In this document: in pieces, positions 28,719 to 38,508 of the stretch
How positions within the stretch are numbered: the first letter of the stretch is position 1
How the letters are laid out: the number at the start of each line of letters is the position of its first letter
Assembly: GCA_964386715.1 (NCBI GenBank)
Contig: CAYLTD010000002.1
Location: 109,449 to 173,448 of the forward strand
Direction: 5' to 3'
DNA length: 64,000 bases
Origin: an uncultured Bifidobacterium sp.
GTDB taxonomy: Bacteria; Acidobacteriota; Vicinamibacteria; Vicinamibacterales; CAVVIG01
The notes under the pieces: model-generated
The model's database searches: none
What the model saw: only the letters and a program-made list of their open reading frames with translations
Told to the model about the DNA's origin: nothing
Made by a program: the position numbers and the translations under genes

Positions 28719-29375
28719 ATGCGTTCATTCATTCCTTCTGCGTCTTCTGGGCTCGCGAACCTGTTGCTGGTCGCCGTGCTGCAGGGCGCGTGCGGCGGCG
28801 CGAGCGAGCAGCCGGCGCCCGCCCCCGCCGCAGCAGCCGTGCCCGCGGCGGACACAGGCATCCAGATCGTGACGGGCATGGCGCCTCCCGCCTCGGGCAG
28901 CTATCCCGCGATCGTCGTGCTCGAGCCCATTGGCGGAGGCCCGCAGCCACCCCAGGCCGCGCCTCCCGTGATGGACCAGGTGCAGCAGACGTTCATTCCC
29001 TCCGTGCTCCTGGTGCGCACGGGCCAGACGGTCGAGTTCAAGAACAATGACGACGTGCTGCACAACGTGCGGGTGCGCGAGGACGCCACGCGCGAGCCGA
29101 CGTTCAACGTCGCGATCCCGACCGGCGAGACCTACCGGCACACCTTCCCGCGCGACGGTTTCTACGACGTCGGCTGCGACATCCACCCTGGAATGTCCGC
29201 GCAGGTGATGGCGTCGTCGAGCCCGTACATGGTCGTGGCGGACCCGTCAGGATCCTTCTCGATCGCGAACGTGCCGAACGGCCCGTACAAGGCGATCGCC
29301 TACGCGGGCGCGGACCTCATCGAGAAGGAAATCAGCGTGGCCGCTGGCGTGGGGCCGATCGACCTGCGAAAGTAG
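28719..29375 (+). CDS. Cupredoxin (type-1 copper) lipoprotein with C-terminal carboxypeptidase-regulatory-like domain
   Basis: Lipobox-like LQGAC; MDQ..QTFIP, FKNNDDVLHNV, VGCDIHPGM (His...Cys-x2-His-x2-Met). Confidence 0.78.
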   Translation: MRSFIPSASSGLANLLLVAVLQGACGGASEQPAPAPAAAAVPAADTGIQIVTGMAPPASGSYPAIVVLEPIGGGPQPPQAAPPVMDQVQQTFIPSVLLVRTGQTVEFKNNDDVLHNVRVREDATREPTFNVAIPTGETYRHTFPRDGFYDVGCDIHPGMSAQVMASSSPYMVVADPSGSFSIANVPNGPYKAIAYAGADLIEKEISVAAGVGPIDLRK

Positions 29376-29390
29376 GGCAGCGGACGCACG

Positions 29391-32300
29391 CTAGAAGCTG
29401 AGGAAGAGCAGCAGGTCGATGCCGGCGCGCTCGACCCGCCGGAACGGCGAGCGGGCCGACAGCGTGCCGGCGTCGGAGAAGGTCGCCCGGATCCGCAGGA
29501 TGCGCGAGAGGTAGTACTCGAGCGTCGCCTCGTCGTAGTCGGCAGGCCCGAACTGGCGGCTGAACCTGGCCACCAGGCCTGGCGCGATCTCGTTCCCGAT
29601 GGTCACCCGTGGTCCGCTGCGGATGTCCGCACCTGGTTCGATCTCGAGCGTGTCGATCCCGAGCGAGCGTTCGAGGGCTGCCACCATCGGTGCGGCGATG
29701 AAGCCGGCGGCCAGCGTCCCGGCTCGCACCGCCAGCTGCTGCTGCTGCAGCGCCGAAAGCTCGTTGGTGGACGTGTTGAAGACGATGAGTGACAGCACGT
29801 CGGACGGATCGAGTGGCGGTACGCTGCTCAGTCGAAGCTCCGGCTGCTGCATCGGTCCGATGATCGAGACGCGCGTCTCGACGCCGGAAATGATCCGGCT
29901 CACCACCACGTAGAGTTCCGGGCTCAGGTCCCCGCGGAAGTTGATGGAACTCGTGGGATCGAGATCGAAGCGCCGGCCCTGGAACGCGTAGGTGCCCGAC
30001 ACCGAGTCGAACGACCCGTTGACATACAGGGGATCGGACGGGTCCTTGTAGAGATACAGGTCGCCGATCACGCGCAGGTTGATGTCGCCGAGGCCGAGCG
30101 GAGTCCCGGGTGTCACCTGGACGTTCTCGCCAACCAGCCGCAGGGTGCCCGGCACGTTCAGCTCGATTCCCAGGCCCATGCGCGACCACGGGTTCAGCGC
30201 CACGATGGGATCGAGTTCGGGCAGCGTGGCCTCCTGCGTGGCGTACGGCTGGAACAGCGTGCGGTCGAGAATACGATCCACCGACAGCGTGCCCCCGCTC
30301 ACCGCGATGCGGCCAGTCAGCCTCGGCGACTCGAACTCGCCCTCGACGTTGAGCCGCGCGTCGATGTCGAGCTGCCCATACTCGTTGTTCAGCACCCGGA
30401 ACTGGCGCGCGTTCATGGCGACCCGCAGGTCGCCCACGCGCATCTCGTGTGTGCCAAGGCTGCCGGTCAGTTCCAGCGGGTTCCCCTGCTCGTCCTCGAC
30501 ACGGAGCTGCTGCACGTCGACCCGGTCGCTGGCCAGGCGCAGCGAGACACGCCCGTTCCGGTACCGCGCACCCGAGGACACGACGCGGAACCGCGCGTTG
30601 CGGACGTTCACCGTCCCGGTGAAGTGCGGATCCTGCGAAGTGCCGATGACGGTCACATCGAGCTGCATCTCGCCATCGACGTCGCGCACGACATCGGTGA
30701 CCCCCTCGACCAGCGTCAGACCGACGGGACTCGATCGGACGACGACGTTGACGGGCTGCGGAGGACTGGTGCGGTCGAAGACACCGATCGGCACCGTTCC
30801 CGAGGCCGTGAGCCACACGCCGGTGGCCTGGTCCAGACGGACGTCCAGGGTCACCACGTCTGCGACGAGTTCGAGGCGGCCACCGACACGATCGAAAGGC
30901 AGACGGCGAACACGGCCGTTGGTCACCGCGAACTCGGCGCTGACCGTCGGCCGGTCTGCCGTTCCGCTGATGACGGCCGTGACGTCGAGCGTGCCCCCCA
31001 CGCGAGGCACCGTGGCCTGCGACGAGAGCAGCGCGTCCAGCGAGAGGCGCCGCCCCGCGACGCGCAGCGCGCCTCCGCCCGCGCTGCGCCAGGTGCCGTC
31101 CACCCGGACCTGCTGCTGGCCCGTCTGGATGTCGGCCAACGAGAGGTCCCGCACGTCGAGCCCGGCATCCGACCACGCAACGAGCGGCCGGGTGCCCGTG
31201 GGCAGGCGCCACGTGGTACCGAACGCCGACAGCGTGAGCTGATCACCCTCGAGCGTCCGCGCCGCCGGGTCCACATGGAACACGCCGTCGAGCGCCAGGG
31301 CGAGATCGGGCTGCGCACGCCCCGTGGCGCTCGCCGTCAGTCTGCCTGTGTCGTACGTCAGGGTCGCTGCGAACTCCGGCAGTTCCCGGCCGAGGACCTG
31401 AACGAACGTGGCGCGCGCCTCAACGGCCGCAATCGCCCGGGCCGCATCGAAGTCGGGCAGCGTGACGTCGTACCGCGCCGTCGTTGCAAGTGCGGTCACG
31501 CGGGGCGCCGCGAACCGTGAGAGCGTCGCTTCGCCCGTGAGCCGCGGCCGATCGAGCGGGCCGGTGAGCGTACCGTGCGTCACGAGTTCGCCTTCGTAGC
31601 CTGGACCGACGACGTCTGGCAGCCTCGCGAGGTCGCTGTGCGTCACCTGGTACTCGACGCGGGAACTGCGCACGCCGTCCAGTTCGAGGCTGCCCCGGGC
31701 CTCGAGGTCGGCTCCGGGAGCGCCGAGCACCAGGCGCGACGCCGACAGCGTCGAGCGTTCCAGCGTCGCCTCCACTTCGCCGGTCGTCACGACAACTCCG
31801 CGCACCTCCGCGTCACGGAGGGCGAGGCTGGCGTGCGCCGTGTAGTCGTCGAGCGTCACCTCGCCCGTGAGCAGGTGGAGGACGTGCACGTCACCGCGGC
31901 CGAGGCCGGTCAGCTGCGCCTGGAAGCGCGGGTCGTCCATCGCCACGGCCGGATTCACGCGGAAGAGCCGGCCGTCGTAACGGCCGGTCAACGAGCCCTC
32001 GGCAATCGAGACGCTGACGTCCGCATCGGACAGCTGTCCCTCGAACACCGACGCACTCGCCAGTCGTCCGCCGCCCTCGAGCGTCATGGTCGCCAGTTCC
32101 GAGCCGGTTCCGCTGACGCGGAAGTGTCCGCGCACGGTCCCCGCGTAGCGCGGCTCGCGGAGCCAGGTGATCTCCAGGGCATGGCCGAAGCGGTTCAGGT
32201 CGACATCGTCGATGGTGCCCTCGCCGCTGTAGCGAAGGGGCTCGGCGTGCGTGTCGATGGCGCCGGTCGCGCCGGCCTCGATGCTCGCGCCGAGGAACGT

Positions 32301-33731
32301 CGAGGCGTCGAAGATCGCCGACCCGGTGATGAACGGGTCGGTGAACTGGCCCGTCACGTCGTAGTCCAGCGCCAGCGTGCTCTCGACATGCGGCACGGGC
32401 ACCGGCGGGGGCAGTTGTCGCAGGTCGAGGCCGGCCGCCCGTCCGACGAAATGAAACGGGTACGGCGAGTCGATGGCGAGCGTGCTGGGCGACAGCCGTA
32501 CGTTGGCCCCGTAGGCGGTGGCCGTGGCGGCGGCGAGTTCGACCTGCGTATCGGTAATGCGGCCGCGCGCGACGACGTCGTTGGCCGTGTATCCGAGATA
32601 GGCCGCCCGCGGCCCGTTGAAGCGGAACGTGCCGGCCGGGAACCGCCCCCCGAGGTGCAGGTCCAGGTCGAACTCCACCTCGCCAGTGATGTCGGACGGA
32701 CGATCGGGGCGATTGAGCCACCGGGCAACGTCCACCCGCTGGACCGCCGCTGCGCCCGCTCCGTGCCAGCCGGGCACCGAGCTGTCCAGCACCAGGGTGG
32801 CACGCAGTGCACCGCCCGACGACTGGAGGTCGATGGAAGTCTGCAGGGCAGCGGGCGGGCCCGAGAGCCGTGCATTGAAGCCCGCCTCGACCGCGATGTT
32901 GCGAAGCCCCGTGAGCACGCCGCCCCATTCCTGGAAGGCGAAACGCGGCGCCGCGACCGTCAGGTCGAGGCGTGTCGGCGTGACGCGCCGATCGATGTCG
33001 CCCGTCAGGGTGAAGGCGCTGCCGGGGGACTCGACGTGCAGGTCGCGAAAGTGCCAGCCTTCCGGGCCGCTTCCGATCGCGCCTGACAACGCGTTGACCT
33101 GCAGAGCAGGATCATCCGCCGTGAACGACGCCTCGGAGAAGTCCACCCTCCACCCGTCGGGACCAGAGGCGAAGGCCATCGCGATGTTCACGTCTCGGTA
33201 GCCGGTCGGCACATGTGCGGCTCCGAGCATGACGGCGTTGCCCAGGCGGACGTTCCCGTTGCGGATGAGGATCGTGTCGATCTGAATCGGTCGGGGAGGC
33301 CCCTGGGAGGGCGGGCGGTTCGGATCGCGTCGGATCAGCGCCGCAACATCCCACCGCCCATCCGGCTCGCGCGCGGCCTGCACCCGCAACCCGTCCAGCA
33401 CCAGCCTCCGGATGAGGGTTCCCCCGCTGAACAGCTCACCCGGGCTGTAACTGACGACGACGCGGTCGAGCGCCACGAGCACGCGCCCGTCACGCGAGAG
33501 CCGGACCCCGTCGAGTTCGACGCCGCGCAGGAGCGATCCGCCGAGCCGATCGATCTCGAGGGTGGCGGTCAGGTACTGGTTGGCCTGGGAAACGACGAGC
33601 GCGCGCAGTTGCTCCGTGCCCCACGCCGTCCGGAGAAGGAGGGCGATCCCCACGGCGGCAGGCAGCACCACCGCGAGCAGAACCCACACGCCGCGGGCCA
33701 TCCACGTGCGGAATCGACGCCATCCCTGCAT
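29391..33731 (-). CDS. tamB: Translocation/assembly module TamB-like (AsmA family) protein
   Basis: 1446 aa; N-terminal TM anchor; beta-taco-like repeats; C-terminal DUF490-like GSFDSVSGTYAFQGRRF...PELRLSSVPPLDPSDVLSLIVF. Confidence 0.8.
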   Translation of the reverse strand: MQGWRRFRTWMARGVWVLLAVVLPAAVGIALLLRTAWGTEQLRALVVSQANQYLTATLEIDRLGGSLLRGVELDGVRLSRDGRVLVALDRVVVSYSPGELFSGGTLIRRLVLDGLRVQAAREPDGRWDVAALIRRDPNRPPSQGPPRPIQIDTILIRNGNVRLGNAVMLGAAHVPTGYRDVNIAMAFASGPDGWRVDFSEASFTADDPALQVNALSGAIGSGPEGWHFRDLHVESPGSAFTLTGDIDRRVTPTRLDLTVAAPRFAFQEWGGVLTGLRNIAVEAGFNARLSGPPAALQTSIDLQSSGGALRATLVLDSSVPGWHGAGAAAVQRVDVARWLNRPDRPSDITGEVEFDLDLHLGGRFPAGTFRFNGPRAAYLGYTANDVVARGRITDTQVELAAATATAYGANVRLSPSTLAIDSPYPFHFVGRAAGLDLRQLPPPVPVPHVESTLALDYDVTGQFTDPFITGSAIFDASTFLGASIEAGATGAIDTHAEPLRYSGEGTIDDVDLNRFGHALEITWLREPRYAGTVRGHFRVSGTGSELATMTLEGGGRLASASVFEGQLSDADVSVSIAEGSLTGRYDGRLFRVNPAVAMDDPRFQAQLTGLGRGDVHVLHLLTGEVTLDDYTAHASLALRDAEVRGVVVTTGEVEATLERSTLSASRLVLGAPGADLEARGSLELDGVRSSRVEYQVTHSDLARLPDVVGPGYEGELVTHGTLTGPLDRPRLTGEATLSRFAAPRVTALATTARYDVTLPDFDAARAIAAVEARATFVQVLGRELPEFAATLTYDTGRLTASATGRAQPDLALALDGVFHVDPAARTLEGDQLTLSAFGTTWRLPTGTRPLVAWSDAGLDVRDLSLADIQTGQQQVRVDGTWRSAGGGALRVAGRRLSLDALLSSQATVPRVGGTLDVTAVISGTADRPTVSAEFAVTNGRVRRLPFDRVGGRLELVADVVTLDVRLDQATGVWLTASGTVPIGVFDRTSPPQPVNVVVRSSPVGLTLVEGVTDVVRDVDGEMQLDVTVIGTSQDPHFTGTVNVRNARFRVVSSGARYRNGRVSLRLASDRVDVQQLRVEDEQGNPLELTGSLGTHEMRVGDLRVAMNARQFRVLNNEYGQLDIDARLNVEGEFESPRLTGRIAVSGGTLSVDRILDRTLFQPYATQEATLPELDPIVALNPWSRMGLGIELNVPGTLRLVGENVQVTPGTPLGLGDINLRVIGDLYLYKDPSDPLYVNGSFDSVSGTYAFQGRRFDLDPTSSINFRGDLSPELYVVVSRIISGVETRVSIIGPMQQPELRLSSVPPLDPSDVLSLIVFNTSTNELSALQQQQLAVRAGTLAAGFIAAPMVAALERSLGIDTLEIEPGADIRSGPRVTIGNEIAPGLVARFSRQFGPADYDEATLEYYLSRILRIRATFSDAGTLSARSPFRRVERAGIDLLLFLSF

Positions 33732-33747
33732 GAGCCTGCCAGAAATG

Positions 33748-34146
33748 TTAGCAGTCCGCGCGCGCGCAGAAGCGATGGACCAGGGCAAGCAGGCGGTCGA
33801 AGTCGAGCGGCTTCCGCAGGAAGGCCACGCCGCCCAGTTCACCGGACCGGGAGGGGTTGACCGCCGACAGCACGACGACCGGCACGTCGGCAAGCCGGGA
33901 ATCCTGCAGCTGGCGCCGGCGGAACTCCCAGCCGTCCATCACGGGCATCATGAGGTCGAGCAGGATCACCGCCGGACGCCCGCTGTGTGCCAGGTATTCA
34001 AGGGCCTCGAGCCCGTTCGACGCGGTTTCAGGGCGATACCCCTCGACGGTGAGGAGCTGAGCCATCATCTCCCGGAGATCGGGGTCGTCTTCGACGATCA
34101 AGATGGGGCGTTCGCGCGGTGTCGGCCGATCGGGCGGGTTCTGCAT
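33748..34146 (-). CDS. Single-domain response regulator (CheY-like)
   Basis: ILIVEDD, ILLDLMMPVMDG, PVVVLSA, FLRKP; ATG 34146. Confidence 0.92.
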   Translation of the reverse strand: MQNPPDRPTPRERPILIVEDDPDLREMMAQLLTVEGYRPETASNGLEALEYLAHSGRPAVILLDLMMPVMDGWEFRRRQLQDSRLADVPVVVLSAVNPSRSGELGGVAFLRKPLDFDRLLALVHRFCARADC

Positions 34147-34234
34147 GCAGGCGGTCTGTGCTCCAGCACGCCCATAGGCAACGATGACGCCAAAACGGGC
34201 GCGGCAGGCTGACCTATAATCGCGCCAACCCGCT

Positions 34235-35935
34235 GTGTCCGACACCTCACTGTCCGCAACACCCGGGCCGTTTCGGCTCGTGGTGGCGGGGCTCCTCCTC
34301 CTGCTTGGGGTGACCCTGTTCTGGCGGCTCGGTGCCGCCTCGTTCTGGGACCCCGACGAAGCCCATTACGCCCAGGCGTCCCGCGAACTCATCCTGAGCG
34401 GCGACTGGATGGCACCGCACTACAACGGGCAGCCGTTCTTCGACAAGCCCATCGTCTTCTATTGGATGCAGGCGCTCCCGATGGCGCTGGGGTTCGATGT
34501 CGAATGGTCGGCCCGTGTCGGTGGGGCACTCGCGGGCGTCGTGCTGGTCGCAGTCACCTGGTGGCTGGGAACGGTCCTCGCGGGCCCCGCCACGGGCGTC
34601 CTGGGCGCGCTCCTGATGGCCGCCAACCCGGGGCTGTTCGGCCTGGCACGGTACGCGATCCTGGACCTGCCGTTCACGACCGCGCTGTTCGCAGGCGTCG
34701 CCATGATTGCGGTGGCCATGCTGCGGCAGCGGAACAGGCTCGAATGGCCCGGGTACGCACTGATCGGGGTGGCCACTGCCATCAAGGGGCCCCTTGCGCT
34801 GGTCCTGTGCGGCCTGGTCTTCGCCGCCACGGCGGCGGTCTCGGCCGATCTGCGGCGACGCCTGTTCGGCCTGCGGTGGGTGAGAGGCCTGCTGATTGCG
34901 GGTGGCATCGGCGCGGTGTGGCCGGCGTACATGCTCTGGCGCTTTGGGCAGTTGTTCGTGGACAACTACCTGCTCAAGGAGAACATCAGCCTCTACGCCA
35001 CGACCCAGTATCAGAACCAGCCCGGATGGTGGTTCTATCTCGGCATCATCGCGGCGGGCATGCTGCCGTGGACGCCGCTGGTCGCGTCGCGCGCGATCGA
35101 ACAGGCCACCGGTGGCAGCGGCAGGGGAGAGAGCGCTGACGCCTTCGACGTCCTGCTCTGGTGCTGGGTGGGCGCAATCCTCGCGTTCTTCTCGTTCTCC
35201 AGCTTCAAGCTCGATCACTCCATCTTTCCGACCACACCCGCGCTGTGCCTCATCACGGCGCGTTCCTGGTGGCGGTGGCGCGCCCGGCCCGCGCAGGCAC
35301 CGCTCCTCATCCGATGGTCCGTGGCGCTGATCGGGCCCATCCTCATCGCGACGGGCACGGGGATGTCGTACGCCGCAATCGTCCTCCTCGATCTGTCGCG
35401 GTGGTTCCTGCTCGTGCCTGCTGCCCTCGTGGCGGCAGGGGGCTTCGCCGTCCGCCAGTACATGCGCGGGGCCGCGGCGCCGCGCCTGCCCGTGGCGCCG
35501 TTGATCGCGCTCGGCATCGTGTATCTGGGAGCGGTGGTCTGGGTGATCCCGAAGCTCGAGGCTGGCAAGGTGGTACCCGACGTGGCGCAGTGGATCGACC
35601 GACACGCCGGCCCTGGCGACCGAATCGCCGGATTCAGGCTGAACCGCTGGGAGAAGACGTATCGCTTCTACGTGAACCGGCCCATCACGCGTATCGAAAG
35701 CGACGAGGAGGCCAGGCAGTTCTTCTCCGACCCGCGGCCGTACTATTGCCTGATGAGCGGCGAACTCTTCGAGGCGCTCAAGGCCGCCGGTGTGCCCCTG
35801 CGCGCCGCGTACAGCCGTGAGGGCATCTGGGTCACGTCGGGCCGCGCGCTCTGGCGCAATCCCTCGGCCCGGACCACCTTCGTGGTCGCCGTGCCGGACA
35901 CCCGCACCGCGCCTGCGAAACCGGGCGCGCTATAA
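34235..35935 (+). CDS. ArnT/GT83-like (GT-C) membrane glycosyltransferase
   Basis: WDPDEAHY, APHYNGQPFFDKP, LARYAILD, AIKGP, GMLPWTP, SSFKLDH.IFP; TATAAT at 34215-34220. Confidence 0.85.
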   Translation: MSDTSLSATPGPFRLVVAGLLLLLGVTLFWRLGAASFWDPDEAHYAQASRELILSGDWMAPHYNGQPFFDKPIVFYWMQALPMALGFDVEWSARVGGALAGVVLVAVTWWLGTVLAGPATGVLGALLMAANPGLFGLARYAILDLPFTTALFAGVAMIAVAMLRQRNRLEWPGYALIGVATAIKGPLALVLCGLVFAATAAVSADLRRRLFGLRWVRGLLIAGGIGAVWPAYMLWRFGQLFVDNYLLKENISLYATTQYQNQPGWWFYLGIIAAGMLPWTPLVASRAIEQATGGSGRGESADAFDVLLWCWVGAILAFFSFSSFKLDHSIFPTTPALCLITARSWWRWRARPAQAPLLIRWSVALIGPILIATGTGMSYAAIVLLDLSRWFLLVPAALVAAGGFAVRQYMRGAAAPRLPVAPLIALGIVYLGAVVWVIPKLEAGKVVPDVAQWIDRHAGPGDRIAGFRLNRWEKTYRFYVNRPITRIESDEEARQFFSDPRPYYCLMSGELFEALKAAGVPLRAAYSREGIWVTSGRALWRNPSARTTFVVAVPDTRTAPAKPGAL

Positions 35936-35953
35936 TCGCGGGGTTTCCCACTC

Positions 35954-36226
35954 ATGCGCCTCGCGCGTCACTATCTCGTCACCGGCCGCGTGCAGGGCGT
36001 CGGCTTCCGCTACTTCGTCGAACGTGCGGCCCTGGTCGAGGGTCTGCACGGCTGGGTGCGCAACCTGGCGGACGGCCGCGTCGAGATCACGGCCGAGGGG
36101 GAAGCCACGGCGCTGGAGCGGTTCGAATGGCAGGTGCGGCAGGGGCCGCCGCGCGCGCGTGTGGACGCCCTCGAGACCACGGAACACGGCGCCACCGGCA
36201 GCGAGGCCGGGTTCTTCATTCGCTAG
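35954..36226 (+). CDS. acyP: Acylphosphatase
   Basis: GRVQGVGFR, GWVRNLADGRVE, GPPRARV; TATAAT at 35931-35936. Confidence 0.95.
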   Translation: MRLARHYLVTGRVQGVGFRYFVERAALVEGLHGWVRNLADGRVEITAEGEATALERFEWQVRQGPPRARVDALETTEHGATGSEAGFFIR

Positions 36227-36262
36227 GCGGCGCTCATCTTCGCCCCAGCATCACACCCACAC

Positions 36263-36778
36263 ATGGACACTCTGAAGAGCAGGATTCGTCACGTTCCCGA
36301 CTTTCCGAAAGCCGGCATCCTCTTCTACGACATCACCACGCTGCTGCAGGACCCAGCCGGCTTCAAGCTCGCCATCGACAGCCTCGTGACGCCGTTCGAA
36401 GGCAAGGGCATCGAGGTCGTCGTCGGCATCGAGAGCCGCGGGTTCATCTTCGGATCGGCCGTGGCCGATCGCCTCGGCGCTGGCTTCTCACCGGTCCGCA
36501 AGCCAGGCAAGCTTCCATCCTCCACCATGCGGGCCAGCTACGACCTCGAATACGGCTCCGACGCGCTGGAGATCCACGACGATGCGGTGAAGCCGGGTCA
36601 GAGGGTGTTGATCGTGGACGACCTGCTGGCCACAGGCGGCACAGCGAAGGCCGCAAGTGACCTTGTCCAGCGGCTGGGTGGCGAGGTGCACGCGCTGGCG
36701 TTCCTGATCGAACTCGTTGGTCTCAAGGGACGCGACCGTCTCGCCGGCCACGCGCTCCATACGGTCCTGACCTACTGA
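36263..36778 (+). CDS. apt: Adenine phosphoribosyltransferase
   Basis: [47 protein letters not shown]. Confidence 0.97.
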   Translation: MDTLKSRIRHVPDFPKAGILFYDITTLLQDPAGFKLAIDSLVTPFEGKGIEVVVGIESRGFIFGSAVADRLGAGFSPVRKPGKLPSSTMRASYDLEYGSDALEIHDDAVKPGQRVLIVDDLLATGGTAKAASDLVQRLGGEVHALAFLIELVGLKGRDRLAGHALHTVLTY

Positions 36779-37024
36779 GACCATCGGCTCAGACACGATG
36801 CGGCGAGTCACCGCTGCGCGCGACAGATCCGGCAGCCCCCGCAGGATGGGGCGCGAGCGGACCCGTGACGACCCGGAGCGCTGCGATCACGTAGCGCGGG
36901 CACGCTTACAGGCCTCGTAAGGCGGCGCGCGCTCCTGTCGCGATTTTCCGGGCGCATCCGCGCGAACGGGTCGGGCACCCGTCTTGCCATGTCCCCCGCC
37001 AACTCGCACTGTGCCCGGAGGACC

Positions 37025-37474
37025 ATGCAGAGAACACGACAAATCCTGATTGCCCTGATGATGGCGGTCGGCGCTGCCGGCTGCGACGAAAACCTGAGTA
37101 CGCTGGCCGGTCCGACTCCGGACCTGGAGCCGACCTTCAGCAGCATCCAGCGCAACATCTTCGAGGCACCCGACTCCGCGGGGCGCCCGGCGTGCACTAA
37201 CTGCCACACCAATGTGGGGCGCAACCCAGCGGCGGGCCTGAACCTGCTGAATTCCGTGGCCTACGACCAACTGGTGAACGTCGCCAGCGTGCAACAGCCT
37301 GGTCTCCGGCGCGTGCTGCCGGGCAGTCCCGATGCCAGCTATCTCCTTCACAAGGTGGACGGCCGGTCCGGGATTACGGGGCGGAGGATGCCGCTCAACG
37401 GTCCACCGTTCCTGACCGACGGTCAGATCCTGATCCTGCGGCGCTGGATTGAACTCGGCGCCGCGCGCAACTGA
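37025..37474 (+). CDS. Mono-haem c-type cytochrome lipoprotein
   Basis: SD GGAGG; lipobox AAGC; PTFSSIQRNIF, CTNCH, RVLPGSPDASYL..K, RMP, ILRRWI..GA. Confidence 0.82.
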   Translation: MQRTRQILIALMMAVGAAGCDENLSTLAGPTPDLEPTFSSIQRNIFEAPDSAGRPACTNCHTNVGRNPAAGLNLLNSVAYDQLVNVASVQQPGLRRVLPGSPDASYLLHKVDGRSGITGRRMPLNGPPFLTDGQILILRRWIELGAARN

Positions 37475-37493
37475 CCCTGACGAGGAGACCGCT

Positions 37494-38312
37494 GTGAACC
37501 GATTTGTCGTACGCCTGTTTGCCGTGTCGGCGCTCGTGCTGGCCCTCGCCCCGGCCGCCTTCGCACAGGACGATGACCCGTCCGTGCTGCGCCCGGCCGA
37601 ACCCGACTACACGCTGGCCAGCCTGCCGACGGGCCTGCGTCTGCCCACGTTCAAGAGCGCGTTCCGCGTCACCCACCGGTTCCTGCGGCCGGTAGGCGCC
37701 GGAGACTTCGGCGATCTCGCCGGCGATCTCTTTGGGCTCGACGCCGGCGCGCAGATCGGCCTCGAGTACCGCTTCGGGATCATCAAGAACGGGCAGGTGG
37801 GCCTGCACCGCACGAGTGACAAGACGCTGGAGTTCTTCGGCCAGTACAGCCTCCTGCGGCAGACCAACGGCTTCCCCCTCGACGTCACCGCGATGGCCGC
37901 GATTGACGGGACGAACAACTTCCAGGACAGCTACACGCCGGTGCTCGGCGCCATCCTGTCCCGCAAGGTTGGCGAGGTGGCGGCCCTGTACGTCGAGCCG
38001 ATGTGGCTGAACAACACGAACGCGCTCCCGAAGGAGGTCGTGGACGACAACGATACGTTCGGCGTCGGGCTCGGCGCCCGGATCCGCATCCGCCCGACGG
38101 TCTACCTGGTGGGCGAGGTCACACCGCGCGCGGCGGGCTACCGGCCGGGAACCAACCAGGCGAGCTTCGCAATCGAGAAGCGGGCGGGCGGGCACGTGTT
38201 TCAGTTGAACGTCTCCAACGGCTTCGGGACGACCCTCAGCCAGATTGCCCGCGGGGCCCAGAACAGCGACGACTGGTATCTGGGGTTCAACCTCTCCCGC
38301 AAATTCTTCTGA
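37494..38312 (+). CDS. DUF5777-like outer-membrane beta-barrel protein
   Basis: SD GAGGAG then GTG; signal peptide; FRVTHRF, LFGLDAGA, IEKRAGGHVFQLNVSN, WYLGFNLSRKFF (C-terminal Phe). Confidence 0.8.
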   Translation: MNRFVVRLFAVSALVLALAPAAFAQDDDPSVLRPAEPDYTLASLPTGLRLPTFKSAFRVTHRFLRPVGAGDFGDLAGDLFGLDAGAQIGLEYRFGIIKNGQVGLHRTSDKTLEFFGQYSLLRQTNGFPLDVTAMAAIDGTNNFQDSYTPVLGAILSRKVGEVAALYVEPMWLNNTNALPKEVVDDNDTFGVGLGARIRIRPTVYLVGEVTPRAAGYRPGTNQASFAIEKRAGGHVFQLNVSNGFGTTLSQIARGAQNSDDWYLGFNLSRKFF

Positions 38313-38320
38313 CGACGTCG

Positions 38321-38351
38321 GGGAGTCCGGCCCGTTTCGGCCGGCCTCCCT
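38321..38351 (+). terminator. GC-rich hairpin after the DUF5777-like gene (no U-tract)
   Basis: GGGAG-T-CCGGCCCG/TTT/CGGGCCGG-C-CTCCC. Confidence 0.4.
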
Positions 38352-38508
38352 GGCATGGCCGGGCGCTGCTGCCGACGGGCCAGGGGACCCGTCGCCCCGT
38401 GCGCCCGCCGGACATACGACATAGGCTTTCCATCGAGTGTGAAACAGAACTATCTATTTGCCGATAAGAGCCGGCCCCGCTAGCGTCTCTGGCAGGAGGA
38501 ACGCTGCG

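Noticed and set aside
36826-36845. ATCCGGCAGCCCCCGC resembling part of a cobalamin riboswitch
   Set aside because: The GGGAA box and the following ACTGT are missing, so it cannot be called a riboswitch.
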